Part shown: piece after piece, positions 1 to 10,752 of the stretch
Numbering within the stretch: the stretch's first letter is position 1
Layout of the letters: every line of letters begins with the position of its first letter
Assembly: GCA_032229505.1 (NCBI GenBank)
Contig: JAVTWD010000030.1
Coordinates: 12,323 to 76,322, forward strand
Source: Bacteroidota bacterium
GTDB lineage: Bacteria > Bacteroidota > Bacteroidia > B-17B0 > Aurantibacillaceae
Length of the DNA stretch: 64,000 bases
Reading direction: 5' to 3'
Notes under the pieces: generated by a model
Told to the model about the DNA's origin: nothing
Seen by the model: only the letters and a program-made list of their open reading frames with translations
Database searches by the model: none
Made by a program: the position numbers and the translations under genes

Positions 1-828
1 TTTCCTAATCTTAAAAAAGTTTCTATTAAAGAAGATGCTTATTACAAGCACGGCAAAAAATTTGCCATTTTGGTTGGCATAAAAGCTACCGCTCATAACC
101 GAATGGTATTTATAGATGCAGATTGTTATCCTGCCTCCGACCAATGGTTAAAAGAAATGGCAATGGGTTTTGATGCACCAAAAGAAATTGTTTTAGGTTA
201 TGGTGCTTACGATAAACAAAAAGGTTTTTTAAATAAATTAATTCGCTTTGATACGTTTATGATCGCTACCGGTTATTTATCGGCTGCTATTAAAGGTAAG
301 GCTTATATGGGTGTTGGCAGAAATCTCGCTTATACAAGAGAATTATTTTACAAACAAAAAGGTTTCTCTAACCATTACCATATTAATTCAGGCGATGATG
401 ATCTTTTTGTAAACCATGCTGCAACAAAAGAAAATGTAAATGTAGTAATAGATAAAAATGCAATTACCTATTCTTTGGCCAAAAAAACATTCAGAGATTG
501 GCGCTTGCAAAAGGTAAGGCATTTAAGTACGTCGCCATTATATAGCCCTTCGTCCAAAACTAGGCTGGCTTTCTCTTATTTTTCTCAATATTACTTTTAC
601 TTTTCGTTAATTGCATTAGCATTTACTTTAAAAACGCTGCTTTTAATACCAATAATTTTGTTGTTAAAAATGATTTTACAGTGGATATTTTTAAATAAGA
701 TCAGCAAAAAGCTAAACGAAAAGGATCTTTTAGCCGGAAGTGTGATATATGAGTTGATTCTTTTATTTATTTATCCTATCTTTCATATAGCAAAACTCTT
801 TAATAAGCCTAATAAGTGGACGAACTAG
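1..828 (+). CDS. Glycosyltransferase family 2, 5'-truncated by the window edge
   Basis: Frame is open from base 1 (FPNLKK...GKKFAILVGI). It has a DADC (DxD) motif, an SGDDD motif, a QKVRH (QxxRW-like) motif and C-terminal TM helices. Confidence 0.85.
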   Translation, partial: FPNLKKVSIKEDAYYKHGKKFAILVGIKATAHNRMVFIDADCYPASDQWLKEMAMGFDAPKEIVLGYGAYDKQKGFLNKLIRFDTFMIATGYLSAAIKGKAYMGVGRNLAYTRELFYKQKGFSNHYHINSGDDDLFVNHAATKENVNVVIDKNAITYSLAKKTFRDWRLQKVRHLSTSPLYSPSSKTRLAFSYFSQYYFYFSLIALAFTLKTLLLIPIILLLKMILQWIFLNKISKKLNEKDLLAGSVIYELILLFIYPIFHIAKLFNKPNKWTN

Positions 829-1439
829 AAAATAACGAGCAACATTTAACCACCAAGGCAGTTTACGATTATAAACTGGTGAGGGCTGCGTTGGATAAAG
901 GCGATCAAAAAGCCTATGCAGAGTTATTGCAGCGTTACCGCGAGAGCGTTTATTTTATGATGCTAAAGATGTGTAGTAATAAAGATGATGCTGAAGATCT
1001 TACAATCGAAGCTTTTGGAAGAGCTTTTAAAAAATTAGAACATTACAGCCCCGATTTTGCATTTAGTACCTGGTTGTTTAAAATTGCCAGTAACAATGCC
1101 ATTGATTTTATAAGAAGGAAAAAACAAAAATATTCTATCTCTATTGATAATAAATCAGGAAATGATGAAAGTGCCGATCATGCAGGTAATATTAAATCTG
1201 CAACACTGGATCCTGAAGAACATTTTATTCGTAAACAAAAAGTAGAATTAGTGCGTGTTTTGGTTGAAAATTTAAAACCAAAATATAAAGAGATGATAGA
1301 ATTGTTCTATTTCCAGGAAATGAGCCATGAAGAGATCTCGCAGCGTTTAAATTTACCTATTGGCACTATTAAGGCACAATTATTCCGTGCGCGCGATCTT
1401 TTATTCAACGCTTTAAAGAACAGGAACGAAAAGATCTGA
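816..1439 (+). CDS. ECF-type RNA polymerase sigma-70 factor
   Basis: Region 2 motifs DAEDLTIEAF and FSTWLFKIASNNAIDFIR, and region 4 HTH SHEEISQRLNLPIGTIKAQLFRAR. GTG start overlaps the upstream gene. Confidence 0.93.
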   Translation: MDELENNEQHLTTKAVYDYKLVRAALDKGDQKAYAELLQRYRESVYFMMLKMCSNKDDAEDLTIEAFGRAFKKLEHYSPDFAFSTWLFKIASNNAIDFIRRKKQKYSISIDNKSGNDESADHAGNIKSATLDPEEHFIRKQKVELVRVLVENLKPKYKEMIELFYFQEMSHEEISQRLNLPIGTIKAQLFRARDLLFNALKNRNEKI

Positions 1440-1443
1440 TCCA

Positions 1444-2067
1444 TTGCTTTCTATCATCACCAAATATTTTCCCGATCTAACACCAACGCAACTTTCGCAA
1501 TTTGAGAAATTACAAAAGCTTTATGTTACCTGGAATGAGCAGATAAATGTTATTTCACGAAAAGATATTGATCTTTTGTATGAGCGCCACGTTTTGCACT
1601 CATTAGGCATTGCAAAGGTCATTCAGTTTAAACCCGGTACACAAATTATGGATGTTGGTACCGGTGGCGGATTTCCGGGCATTCCATTAGCAATTTTGTT
1701 TCCTGAAAGTAATTTTTTATTGGTGGATAGTATTGGAAAAAAAATTAAAGTGGTGAACGAGGTTGCCAAAGGACTTGGTATTACCAACGTTACAGGCATA
1801 CACAGCAGGGCAGAAGATATTGATAAGAAATTTCACTTTGTGGTGAGTCGTGCCGTTACTGAATTTCCGGCATTTTATAATTGGGTGAAGAATAAATTCT
1901 TAAAAGAAAATTTTAACGATCTGCCTCATGGTATTCTGTATTTAAAGGGTGGAGACCTGAAAGAAGAATTCGGTAAATTTTATGATCAGGCAAAATTCTA
2001 TGACCTGAAAGATTTTTTTACCGAAGAATTTTTCGAGACTAAAAAAGTGGTGTATTACAAAATGTAA
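1444..2067 (+). CDS. rsmG: 16S rRNA (guanine527-N7)-methyltransferase
   Basis: WNEQINVISR, RHVLHSL, DVGTGGGFPGIPLAI, VVSRAV and LKG motifs. TTG start. Confidence 0.96.
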   Translation: MLSIITKYFPDLTPTQLSQFEKLQKLYVTWNEQINVISRKDIDLLYERHVLHSLGIAKVIQFKPGTQIMDVGTGGGFPGIPLAILFPESNFLLVDSIGKKIKVVNEVAKGLGITNVTGIHSRAEDIDKKFHFVVSRAVTEFPAFYNWVKNKFLKENFNDLPHGILYLKGGDLKEEFGKFYDQAKFYDLKDFFTEEFFETKKVVYYKM

Positions 2068-2250
2068 TTAAGCTAGTGATACTTGCCTGTATCGTCAAAC
2101 TTATATACGTTTGTTGTCATAGAAAGTAAAGTGCGCTATTTTTAGGCTCAAAGCGTTTTAGGTCCGTTTTAGATTCTAATGTTATCTTTTTCAATAACTA
2201 TTGACTTTCATATCTTTTTAGTTTATCTTTAATAAGCTAAAATATTACCC

Positions 2251-4524
2251 ATGAAAAAACTTTTATCGGCACTTTTAGTTGCTGCATCATTTTCGATCAC
2301 TGCCAAAGACGGATTTAAAGTAATTAAAACAGAAGCCAACTCGGTTACTGTTGAGTATACTTTTTCAGGCCTTAATCAAATGCCTGTAACCATCAATGGT
2401 AAAACCTATCAAAAAGTGTATGCTAACGATTGTGTACCTGTTTTAAACGCAGGCTTTCCGCAATTGCTGCGCTCATCAGTATCTTTAGCAATTCCAAATA
2501 ATGCTGTTCCAAAACTGGAGATCATTTCTACTGTTTTTTCAACGATCAATAATATTTCAATTGCTCCTTCAAAAGGAAGTTTAACGCGTAATATTAATCC
2601 TGAAGAAATCCCATACACATTTGGAAGTGTTTACCAGCAAAATGCTTTTTATCCCGCTTCTGCAGTAGCCATTAATTCAACATATTTATTTAGAGATCAA
2701 AAAGGAGTTTCTTTAAGTGTATTTCCTGTTTTAGCTAACCCTGTTACCAATTCTGTAAGAGTAATAAACAGTGTTGTTTTTAAGATCTCTTATACTTCGG
2801 CTAAAGGACAAAAAATAAATTTCACCCTTCCTGAATTTACATCCAACGAAGAAAAAGAACTAATGAATGAGCGCTTTTTAAATTTACCTGTAATACAGGC
2901 AAGCTCAAAAGTGCAATACACACCAATGAATGAGTATGGTGATATGTTGGTGATCTGTCATCCAGCATTTTTAACCAATATTCAACCCTTAGTTGATTGG
3001 AAAAATCAAAAAGGAATTAAAACAGAATTGGTTTCTTCTGCAATTAGTGGCACAACAGGCGCAGCAGTGAAAGCATATATTCAAACCTATTACGCTTCGC
3101 ATCCAAATTTATTATACGTTCTTTTGGTTGGCGATCACGAACAAATAAATTCTTACAATGCCGGTAACGCAGGTTCTGAAGTAAAATGGAGCGATACATA
3201 TTATGGTTTTTTAAGCGGTAACGATCATTATCCTGAAATTATGATGGGCCGTTTTTCTGCTAGCACTGTCACTGATGTAAACACAATGGTTAACCGTACA
3301 TTAGAGTATGAAAAAACGCCATTGGCAGGTGCATGGTATACAAAAGGAATTGGTATTGGCTCTAACCAGGGTTATGGCATTGGTGACGAAGGTGAAGCTG
3401 ATTGGCAACACATGCGTAAGATAGGTAACAAATTAATTGCAAATGGTTATTCATATTACCATGAGTTTTACGATAGCTCACATGCCTTTAATGATGCGCC
3501 GGGTGACCCTAATTCAAATATGGTGGCAAGTGCAGTTAACGCGGGATCATCTATTTTTTTATATTGCGGCCATGGTGCACAAAATGTTTGTGTAACCAGT
3601 AATTACAGCAGTACAAATATTAATGCCGCAACTAATAATGGCATGTATCCTTTCTCTATACAAGTTGCCTGCAACAATGGTACTTTTATTGGTGGCAGCT
3701 GTTTATCAGAAGCATTTATCCGTGCAAAGAATGCTACGGGGCCAACGGGCGCAATTGCTTCTGCAGGATCATCTATTTTAATGGCATGGGCTGAACCTAT
3801 GGATACCGAAGATGAGATAGGCGATATTTTATCGGATCAATATCCAACAAATAAAAAATATACTTTAGGCGGTTTATTTTATAACGGGCAAATGCATATG
3901 CTGGATGCCTATCCAACTACCACAGGTGAAGAAGTTATGGAAACATGGGTAATGTTTGGTGATCCATCTTGTATGTTCCGTTCGTTAAATCCAACAAACA
4001 TTACTGCAACCCACGACCCGTGTTTATTGCCAAATGCAACTTCATTTACTTTGGCATCTTCTTTTGGTCCTGCTACCTATGCTTGTATTTCTCAAAACAA
4101 TGTGATCATTGGAAAATCTGCAATTACAGGCGCTAATACAAGTATTGCTTTAACGCAAATTTATAGTACCAATCAAAATTTATTATTAACCATTACAGGG
4201 TATAATAAATTACCGTATACTGCTACTTTAACCAATTGCATGGCTACAGGAATTAAAACAAATGCAAATTCATCTGAATTTTTTGTAGAATCTCCGGTAA
4301 AAAATGAATTGAATTTTAACTACAAAAATGCAGGTGTTAACACATTAACATTACAGGTAATGGACCTGCAAGGAAAAATTGTTACCACTTCAACCTTTGA
4401 TAATATTCCTGAAACAGAAGGAAATTTAAAAATGAATACAGAAGGCTTAGCTTCGGGTGTTTATCTTTTAAAAGTAAACAGTGCTGCTTCGGTATTAAAA
4501 ACTATTAAAATAGTTAAAGAATAA
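2251..4524 (+). CDS. C25 (gingipain-family) cysteine peptidase with propeptide and T9SS C-terminal domain
   Basis: Signal peptide, propeptide motif APSKG, YVLLVGD, catalytic His (YCGHG) and Cys (VACNNG), FGDPS, and a C-terminal LASGVYLLKV...KIVKE sorting domain. Confidence 0.9.
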   Translation: MKKLLSALLVAASFSITAKDGFKVIKTEANSVTVEYTFSGLNQMPVTINGKTYQKVYANDCVPVLNAGFPQLLRSSVSLAIPNNAVPKLEIISTVFSTINNISIAPSKGSLTRNINPEEIPYTFGSVYQQNAFYPASAVAINSTYLFRDQKGVSLSVFPVLANPVTNSVRVINSVVFKISYTSAKGQKINFTLPEFTSNEEKELMNERFLNLPVIQASSKVQYTPMNEYGDMLVICHPAFLTNIQPLVDWKNQKGIKTELVSSAISGTTGAAVKAYIQTYYASHPNLLYVLLVGDHEQINSYNAGNAGSEVKWSDTYYGFLSGNDHYPEIMMGRFSASTVTDVNTMVNRTLEYEKTPLAGAWYTKGIGIGSNQGYGIGDEGEADWQHMRKIGNKLIANGYSYYHEFYDSSHAFNDAPGDPNSNMVASAVNAGSSIFLYCGHGAQNVCVTSNYSSTNINAATNNGMYPFSIQVACNNGTFIGGSCLSEAFIRAKNATGPTGAIASAGSSILMAWAEPMDTEDEIGDILSDQYPTNKKYTLGGLFYNGQMHMLDAYPTTTGEEVMETWVMFGDPSCMFRSLNPTNITATHDPCLLPNATSFTLASSFGPATYACISQNNVIIGKSAITGANTSIALTQIYSTNQNLLLTITGYNKLPYTATLTNCMATGIKTNANSSEFFVESPVKNELNFNYKNAGVNTLTLQVMDLQGKIVTTSTFDNIPETEGNLKMNTEGLASGVYLLKVNSAASVLKTIKIVKE

Positions 4525-4544
4525 ATTCACAAAAAAATATTTTG

Positions 4545-4574
4545 AAGCCTTCTCTAAAACTGGGAAGGCTTTTT
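4545..4574 (+). terminator. Intrinsic terminator after the C25 peptidase
   Basis: AAGCCTTCTC / GGGAAGGCTT stem followed by a T run. Confidence 0.7.
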
Positions 4575-4599
4575 CATTTTTATTAGTAGCAGAATAAAG

Positions 4600-4633
4600 T
4601 CCTTCTCCTTTGGAGAAGGATTTAGGATGAGGC
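4600..4633. repeat. REP-like hairpin repeat overlapping the lysC stop codon
   Basis: TCCTTCTCC-TTT-GGAGAAGGA..GGATGAGGC. Near-identical units occur at 13871-13902 and, reversed, at 36319-36350. Confidence 0.75.
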
Positions 4634-5899
4634 TGAATCCTCTTTCATCACCATTTGATGCGTATTACGGCTACGCTGTTCAATTAAAATGATCTTATCT
4701 GCGCTTAATTTAGAAATGGTTTCCTGGTCGTAATTACGAATGGTCATTAGTTGCACATTCTTATTATAAAGCACTTTAAAATGCTCCTGAAGGTCGTTTA
4801 AAAGTGGTTCTAATTTATGGTTGTCGTCATCCATGCAAACACTAAAACTAATAGCAGAATTCTGCATCATATTTACATGTACATTATGTTTAGAAAACAA
4901 ATTAAAGATGTTGCTTAAATTATCTTCGGCAATAAAACTAAAATCTTTTGGCTGAATGGATAAAAGAATTTGATTTGTTTTAAAGATATAACTTGGCACG
5001 TTATTTCTTTTATCACTTTCTTTTATGATCGTACCTGCATCTTCAGGCTTAATGAATGATTTTACGAATAAAGGAATATTCTTATTCTGCAGTGGCTTAA
5101 TTGTTTTTGGATGAATAACAGATGCTCCGAAATAGGTTAATTCAATAGCATCGTGATAAGTAAGTTCATCAATTTTTTTTGTGTTTTTAAAATATTTTGG
5201 ATCGGCATTTAAAACACCGGGTACATCTTTCCAAATGGTTACTCTTTTCGCGTCCGTAAAATAAGCGAGTAGGGCTGCAGTATAATCACTTCCTTCGCGC
5301 CCAAGTGTAGTGGTAAAATTTTCAGAAGTGCCGCCAATAAAACCTTGTGTAATTACAATGTTAAATGAATTAACAATTGGTAACAGATCTGTTTGTACTA
5401 ATTTCTGGCTTAATTCGTAGTCTACTTTCCCTTCGCGGTACGAATTATCCGTTTGAATAAATCCACGCGCATCTATCCATTTATTTTTTATTCCGCTTTC
5501 ATTTAAATATCCTGAAACAATTTTTGTAGCCAATACCTCGCCTTGCGAAACCATTTGATCGTAATGATGGTTGTAGGTTGAAGATGGTTCTTCTTCCAAC
5601 GCCCACAATAATTCTACAAACACATTTTCAATATCATTATAAATCGCATTAGTCTTATCAGGAATTAATTGGTTTAAAATGCGGAAGTGATAGGATCTTA
5701 ATTCATCCAATACAACCTGTATATCACCTTCTTTATAAAAGTAAGCGTTCACTAATTCTTCCAGCTTATTGGTTGTTTTTCCCATTGCAGAAATAACAAC
5801 AATAGTAGGTTCAGCAGCGTGTTTTTTTAAAATGGAAGCAACATTTTTTACAGAATCTGCATCTTTAACCGATGCCCCGCCAAATTTAAAAACCTGCAT
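4622..5899 (-). CDS. lysC: Aspartate kinase
   Basis: VFKFGGASV, VVISAMGKTTN, TTLGREGSDYTA, WKDVPGVLNADP and GASVIHPKT motifs, plus a C-terminal ACT-like region. Confidence 0.95.
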   Translation of the reverse strand: MQVFKFGGASVKDADSVKNVASILKKHAAEPTIVVISAMGKTTNKLEELVNAYFYKEGDIQVVLDELRSYHFRILNQLIPDKTNAIYNDIENVFVELLWALEEEPSSTYNHHYDQMVSQGEVLATKIVSGYLNESGIKNKWIDARGFIQTDNSYREGKVDYELSQKLVQTDLLPIVNSFNIVITQGFIGGTSENFTTTLGREGSDYTAALLAYFTDAKRVTIWKDVPGVLNADPKYFKNTKKIDELTYHDAIELTYFGASVIHPKTIKPLQNKNIPLFVKSFIKPEDAGTIIKESDKRNNVPSYIFKTNQILLSIQPKDFSFIAEDNLSNIFNLFSKHNVHVNMMQNSAISFSVCMDDDNHKLEPLLNDLQEHFKVLYNKNVQLMTIRNYDQETISKLSADKIILIEQRSRNTHQMVMKEDSASS

Positions 5900-5977
5900 A
5901 ATTATAATAGAATTAGTGAGCCACTAATTTAATAAGTATTAATTTAATTATACTTATGAACCGCACTTTTATAAAAC

Positions 5978-6007
5978 AAAAAAGCCACCCGAACTAGGAT
6001 GGCTTTT
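5978..6007 (-). terminator. Intrinsic terminator after secG
   Basis: AAAAGCCA(C)CC / GGATGGCTTTT stem. The A run gives a U tail on the minus strand. Confidence 0.65.
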
Positions 6008-6026
6008 AAATAATATTGTTTTCTGA

Positions 6027-6362
6027 TTAAGGTTGCTTAACAGGTGGTGTTTGTTGTACCGGTGCAGTTTGTTGCTGAGGTATTGCTACAGCACTTTGCG
6101 CTTTCTTTTTAGTAATTGAACCACCATCATCATCAGATGTTTGGGTCATGCTGCTTTTTGGAGCCATTAAAACGCTCAATAAGATCAAAGCAATTGCTAA
6201 ACCCCAGGTTGCTTTTTCAATGAATTCGGTACCACGTTTAACACCCATAATTTGAGTTGCAGCACCAAACTGACTTTGAATTCCGCCACCTTTTGAATTT
6301 TGAACCAACACCACAAGTATCAGTAAAGCGCACACTAAAATAATTAAAATCGAAAAGATCAT
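6027..6362 (-). CDS. secG: Preprotein translocase subunit SecG
   Basis: Two TM helices with LVQNSKGGG..QFG and EKATW motifs. Confidence 0.92.
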   Translation of the reverse strand: MIFSILIILVCALLILVVLVQNSKGGGIQSQFGAATQIMGVKRGTEFIEKATWGLAIALILLSVLMAPKSSMTQTSDDDGGSITKKKAQSAVAIPQQQTAPVQQTPPVKQP

Positions 6363-6373
6363 GTTTTATATTT

Positions 6374-7300
6374 TTATTGGTTATTCTTTAATTTTTGAAT
6401 CAGGGATGCAAAGTAAGCACTTTTTTGTGGAAATTTCAAACTTAATATTTCGTAAGCCCTAACTGCCTTATTTACACTACCTTGCAAAGCGTAGATCTTG
6501 GCTAAAGTCTCTGTTACAAGGTGTTCATTCTCAATAAGGCTCTCTTTTGCTTTAATATCCGGGTTATAAAATTTAGGCTCTTCTTTGCTGCGAATAAGCC
6601 CCGGATTTGTTTCAATGATCTTATCAATTAAGGCTTTATTCTTTTCTTTTTTGGCAATGGTCTTTTTAATTTCTTCATTATTGGCCGCAAGATCTTTGCC
6701 TTTTTGTTCATTTACTTTTTCTTCAATATTCTCGTAAGATTGGCCGTTATTTTTCTTTAAGAACAGTAACCAATCGCTAAAATTACCGGGTTGTTCAACT
6801 GTTTTTTCAGGGAAATGAAGTTCCTGCGCTTTTAAAATTTCTTTTTCTACAAACGATTCTACAACCTGTTTTTCAATTTCTTTCTCCAAGATCACTTCAG
6901 GTTCAAGCGTTTTTTTAGCAATTACTTCTTCTTTTTTTGTTTCGGTAATAACTTCGGTTGCTTTTAAAATATCAAGTTCGTGTTTTTGATCTTCTTTAGT
7001 GTTTTTTTCTTCAATTACTTTCTCTTCAACAACGGTTTTCTTTTCTTCTTCAACTACAATTTTGTTTTCTAATTGATGAATGAGATGAAATAAATGCGCG
7101 CGATTGGTAGCAACAATAGCTGTTTTTTTGAGGCTTTGCTGATAAACCGAAGCATCCCATTTTTTTGACGACATGCTTAATAACAAATGCGCCACTTGAA
7201 AATATGGAAAATCGCTTACAAGCTTTTGCAGCTCGGTAGTACTTTGTTTATCTAACAAAGCAGGATCTTTTATATATTTTAAAAGCTGTGCCGCCTGCAT
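6374..7300 (-). CDS. Conserved Bacteroidota hypothetical protein with TPR-like C-terminus
   Basis: N-terminal FPYFQ motif and C-terminal TETLAKIY..QG...KA..AYE.L.LKFP. Lies between lptE and secG. Confidence 0.7.
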   Translation of the reverse strand: MQAAQLLKYIKDPALLDKQSTTELQKLVSDFPYFQVAHLLLSMSSKKWDASVYQQSLKKTAIVATNRAHLFHLIHQLENKIVVEEEKKTVVEEKVIEEKNTKEDQKHELDILKATEVITETKKEEVIAKKTLEPEVILEKEIEKQVVESFVEKEILKAQELHFPEKTVEQPGNFSDWLLFLKKNNGQSYENIEEKVNEQKGKDLAANNEEIKKTIAKKEKNKALIDKIIETNPGLIRSKEEPKFYNPDIKAKESLIENEHLVTETLAKIYALQGSVNKAVRAYEILSLKFPQKSAYFASLIQKLKNNQ

Positions 7301-7302
7301 TT

Positions 7303-7803
7303 TTACCAGTTATTAAAAGCTTTATTAAAAATATCTTCTGTTAGTTGCCTGTAAATTTCTGTTACCAGTTCAGGCTCAACACTCGAAATATTTTTGTCGC
7401 TGGCAACATCTACAAAACGTGTAAAGCTCTGTTCAAAATTTTTCGATTCCTCAAACTTGTTAGTATATTTTACACTAACAGTTATGGTCATCCTGTTTTG
7501 AGCAGCCTGATCGGCAGAGATGGCAATGGGCGAAACGTTATAATCGGCAATGTATCCTTCAAATTGCAGATCGCCACTTTGTTTTATCAGTGTTAATCCT
7601 GTTTGTTGCGAAACAACGTCACGTAATTTTTCGGTAAAACGTTGCGATAAGCTTGGGGCACCTAAAGAAGTATTATTGGTAAAAAAGCCAACGCTTATTG
7701 TTTTTGCCTCAGGTGGAATGGTAGCTCCGCTTAACGACACTTTTGTTTTACAAGAACTAAGCGCAATTGCCAAAAAGAAAATGTATGTAATAAAATAGCG
7801 CAA
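7303..7803 (-). CDS. lptE: LPS assembly lipoprotein LptE family
   Basis: Lipobox LSSC, SLSGATIP, and a C-terminal DIFNKAFNNW typical of Bacteroidota LptE. Confidence 0.8.
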   Translation of the reverse strand: MRYFITYIFFLAIALSSCKTKVSLSGATIPPEAKTISVGFFTNNTSLGAPSLSQRFTEKLRDVVSQQTGLTLIKQSGDLQFEGYIADYNVSPIAISADQAAQNRMTITVSVKYTNKFEESKNFEQSFTRFVDVASDKNISSVEPELVTEIYRQLTEDIFNKAFNNW

Positions 7804-7804
7804 T

Positions 7805-9040
7805 TTATTCTTCTATTTTGTACTCGTTAATTTTACGGTAAAGTGTTCTCTCGCTAATGCCTAATTCTTTAGCGGCATATTTACGTTTGCCTTTATGCTT
7901 GCGTAACGCTTTTTTGATCATGTCAATTTCTTTATCCTGTAACGATAAAGTTTCTTCTACTTCAATAACATGCGGGTTTGAATTACCCGATTGAATAACA
8001 GGTGTAAAGCTCATGCTGTTATTATCGTTGCTTAATTCGCTTCCTGTATTGTAAATTCGGTTAATGATCTGTACATCGTCTTTATTTATTTTTCCGCTTG
8101 CGGCCGTAACAAGATCGTACACTACTTTTTTAAGATCATTTAATTCGGCACGTGTATCGCGCATTACTTTAAAAATAATTTCTTTGTCAGCATTTTCAAA
8201 CGAAGAACCTCCTGAAGAAAAATTATCATTTCTTAAAAGAGTTGGTACGTTATTAGAATTGTATTGAGGTAAATATTTTAAAATAGTGTCCGCATTTATT
8301 TCTCTATTCTTTTCAATAATAGAAACCTGCTCTGCAATATTTTTTAATTGCCGCACATTACCAGGCCAAAAATAATTTACCAATACCTGCTCCGCATCTG
8401 CATTTAATTTAATTACCGGCATACGGTATTTAGCGGCAAAATCATTAGTGAATTTTCTGAACAATAAATGAATGTCTTCTTTTCTTTCACGTAATGGTGG
8501 CAAATAAATAGGCACTGTATTTAAACGGTAATATAAGTCCGGACGGAATTTTTCTTTCTCTAATGCCTGGTAAAAATTAATATTGGTTGCCGCAACAACA
8601 CGTACATCTGTCTTCAATACTTTGCTGCTTCCTACTTTAATGTATTCACCGCTTTCTAAAACACGCAATAATCTCGCCTGTGTTGCTAATGGTAATTCAC
8701 CAACTTCATCTAAAAATATTGTACCACCGTTGGCTACTTCAAAATATCCTTTGCGTGCTTCGGTTGCACCGGTAAATGCTCCTTTTTCGTGACCAAATAA
8801 TTCACTGTCTATTGTGCCTTCCGGTATTGCACCACAGTTAACAGCAATATACGGACCATGTTTTCTTGCGCTGTTCTGATGGATGATCTGCGGAAAAACT
8901 TCTTTACCGGTTCCGCTCTCGCCATTAATTACAACATTAAGATCGGTTGGTGCTACCTGGCGTGCAATATCCACTGCGCGTTCAAGCAACGCGTTATTTC
9001 CTATTATTCCAAATTTTTGTTTAATATCCTGAGTATTCAT
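7805..9040 (-). CDS. Sigma-54-dependent Fis-family transcriptional activator without an N-terminal sensor domain
   Basis: Walker A GESGTGKE, ELFGHEKGAFTGA, Walker B FLDEV, WPGNVRQL, and Fis HTH AAKELGISERTLYRK. Confidence 0.93.
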   Translation of the reverse strand: MNTQDIKQKFGIIGNNALLERAVDIARQVAPTDLNVVINGESGTGKEVFPQIIHQNSARKHGPYIAVNCGAIPEGTIDSELFGHEKGAFTGATEARKGYFEVANGGTIFLDEVGELPLATQARLLRVLESGEYIKVGSSKVLKTDVRVVAATNINFYQALEKEKFRPDLYYRLNTVPIYLPPLRERKEDIHLLFRKFTNDFAAKYRMPVIKLNADAEQVLVNYFWPGNVRQLKNIAEQVSIIEKNREINADTILKYLPQYNSNNVPTLLRNDNFSSGGSSFENADKEIIFKVMRDTRAELNDLKKVVYDLVTAASGKINKDDVQIINRIYNTGSELSNDNNSMSFTPVIQSGNSNPHVIEVEETLSLQDKEIDMIKKALRKHKGKRKYAAKELGISERTLYRKINEYKIEE

Positions 9041-9102
9041 GTTATATATTCAAGAGCCAAGACAACAAGAGTCAAGACACATTTGTTTAATTCTGTTTAT
9101 AA

Positions 9103-10539
9103 TTAATCCTTAACAACTTCACCAATCAGCGTAGAAGCAGTGCAACTCGTTACCATTACGTTCACATAATCACCCTTCTTATAATTTTCCTTTGGAAAAA
9201 CAACAACCGTATTTTGTGTGTTGCGTCCCATAAACATATCATCTGATTTTTTTGAGAAACCTTCAATTAAAACCTTATGTACTTTTCCAACACCTGCTTT
9301 TGTTTTAATGGCGCTGTTCTCACGTTGTATGGCAACAATTTCACTTTGCCTTCTGCTTTTTATTTCTTCAGGTACATCATCTTTATACTTACGTTCTGCT
9401 AAAGTTTTTGGTCTTTCGCTATACATAAATAAAAAACCGTAATCGTACTGTACTTGTTTTAATAAGCTTAATGTATCCTGGTGTTCTTCTTCTGTTTCGC
9501 TGCAAAAACCTGTAATAATATCGGTACTAATGCCGCAGCCCGGAAGTATTCTGTTGATGGCTTCAATTCTGTTCAAATACCATTCGCGGGTATAGCCACG
9601 GTTCATCATTTCTAAAATACGGCTGTTACCACTTTGCACCGGCAAGTGAACATATTTACAAATGTTCTCATACTTAGCAATTGTCTCTAACACTTCATCC
9701 GTCATATCTTTTGGATGCGATGTAGAAAAACGAATGCGTAATTCAGGACTAACCAAAGCAACTTTTTCTAAGAGCTGTGCAAAATTGGTGGCTGATTTTT
9801 TTTGTTCTTCGGTCAGCTGTTCTTTTTTTAATCCACCGCCACTGTATAAATAACTATCTACGTTTTGTCCTAATAAAGTAACTTCTCTATAACCTTTTTC
9901 AAAAAGATCTTTTGCTTCGGCAACAATACTTTCAGGGTCGCGACTTCTTTCTCTTCCTCTTGTAAAAGGTACAACACAAAAACTACACATGTTATCGCAG
10001 CCACGCATAATGCTAATTAAAGCCGTTACGCCATTTGTACCCAACCTCACGGGCGTTAGGTCGGCATAGGTTTCTTCTTTACTTAATATAACGTTTATGG
10101 CTTTGTGGCCATCTTCTGCTTCTTCAATTAAATTTGGAAGATCACGGTACGAATCTGGTCCAACAACAATATCCACGAGTTTTTCCTGTTCTAAAAATTG
10201 TGCTTTTAAACGTTCTGCCATGCAGCCTAAAACGCCTACTAAGGCTTTTGGATTTTTTTGTTTTACACGTTTAAAATCATTTAAGCGGTTACGTACTTTT
10301 TGCTCTGCATTATCTCTAATAGCGCAGGTATTCACAAAAATAATATCGGCTTCTTCATAATTTTCGGTAGTAGTATAACCATCCTTTATTAATATAGAAG
10401 CAACTATTTCGCTATCGCTAAAATTCATAGCGCAGCCATAACTTTCTAAGAACAGCTTTTTGCCGTTTACATTTTTTGATTCAACCATCAGGGCTTTACC
10501 CTGAACCGTTTCATCTATTATTTTTTCTTGCAGATCCAT
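9103..10539 (-). CDS. miaB: tRNA-2-methylthio-N6-dimethylallyladenosine synthase
   Basis: UPF0004 motifs SYGCAMN, NTCAIR and GCMA, radical SAM motif GCDNMCSFC, and a C-terminal TRAM domain. Confidence 0.96.
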   Translation of the reverse strand: MDLQEKIIDETVQGKALMVESKNVNGKKLFLESYGCAMNFSDSEIVASILIKDGYTTTENYEEADIIFVNTCAIRDNAEQKVRNRLNDFKRVKQKNPKALVGVLGCMAERLKAQFLEQEKLVDIVVGPDSYRDLPNLIEEAEDGHKAINVILSKEETYADLTPVRLGTNGVTALISIMRGCDNMCSFCVVPFTRGRERSRDPESIVAEAKDLFEKGYREVTLLGQNVDSYLYSGGGLKKEQLTEEQKKSATNFAQLLEKVALVSPELRIRFSTSHPKDMTDEVLETIAKYENICKYVHLPVQSGNSRILEMMNRGYTREWYLNRIEAINRILPGCGISTDIITGFCSETEEEHQDTLSLLKQVQYDYGFLFMYSERPKTLAERKYKDDVPEEIKSRRQSEIVAIQRENSAIKTKAGVGKVHKVLIEGFSKKSDDMFMGRNTQNTVVVFPKENYKKGDYVNVMVTSCTASTLIGEVVKD

Positions 10540-10752
10540 TTTGAACCATCAAAAATAGGAAATTTATGCCAATTTGACATATTTTTAACATTTTTAAGCG
10601 TCATTTTCCAAAAAAAATGAAATTTTTCGAATTTGTGTTATTTATTTTTTTCCTTTGCAAACTTTTGAACCGATAAATCATTGGAACAAAAAAGATAAGA
10701 ATGCTGCTTTTTTAGCGTTCATTGAATTGATCTTATACATTATTATATATAC

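Noticed and set aside
7805-9040. Sigma-54 activator lacking a sensory domain as a novelty
   Set aside because: The miaB-activator-lptE-hypothetical-secG arrangement is a familiar conserved Bacteroidota locus.
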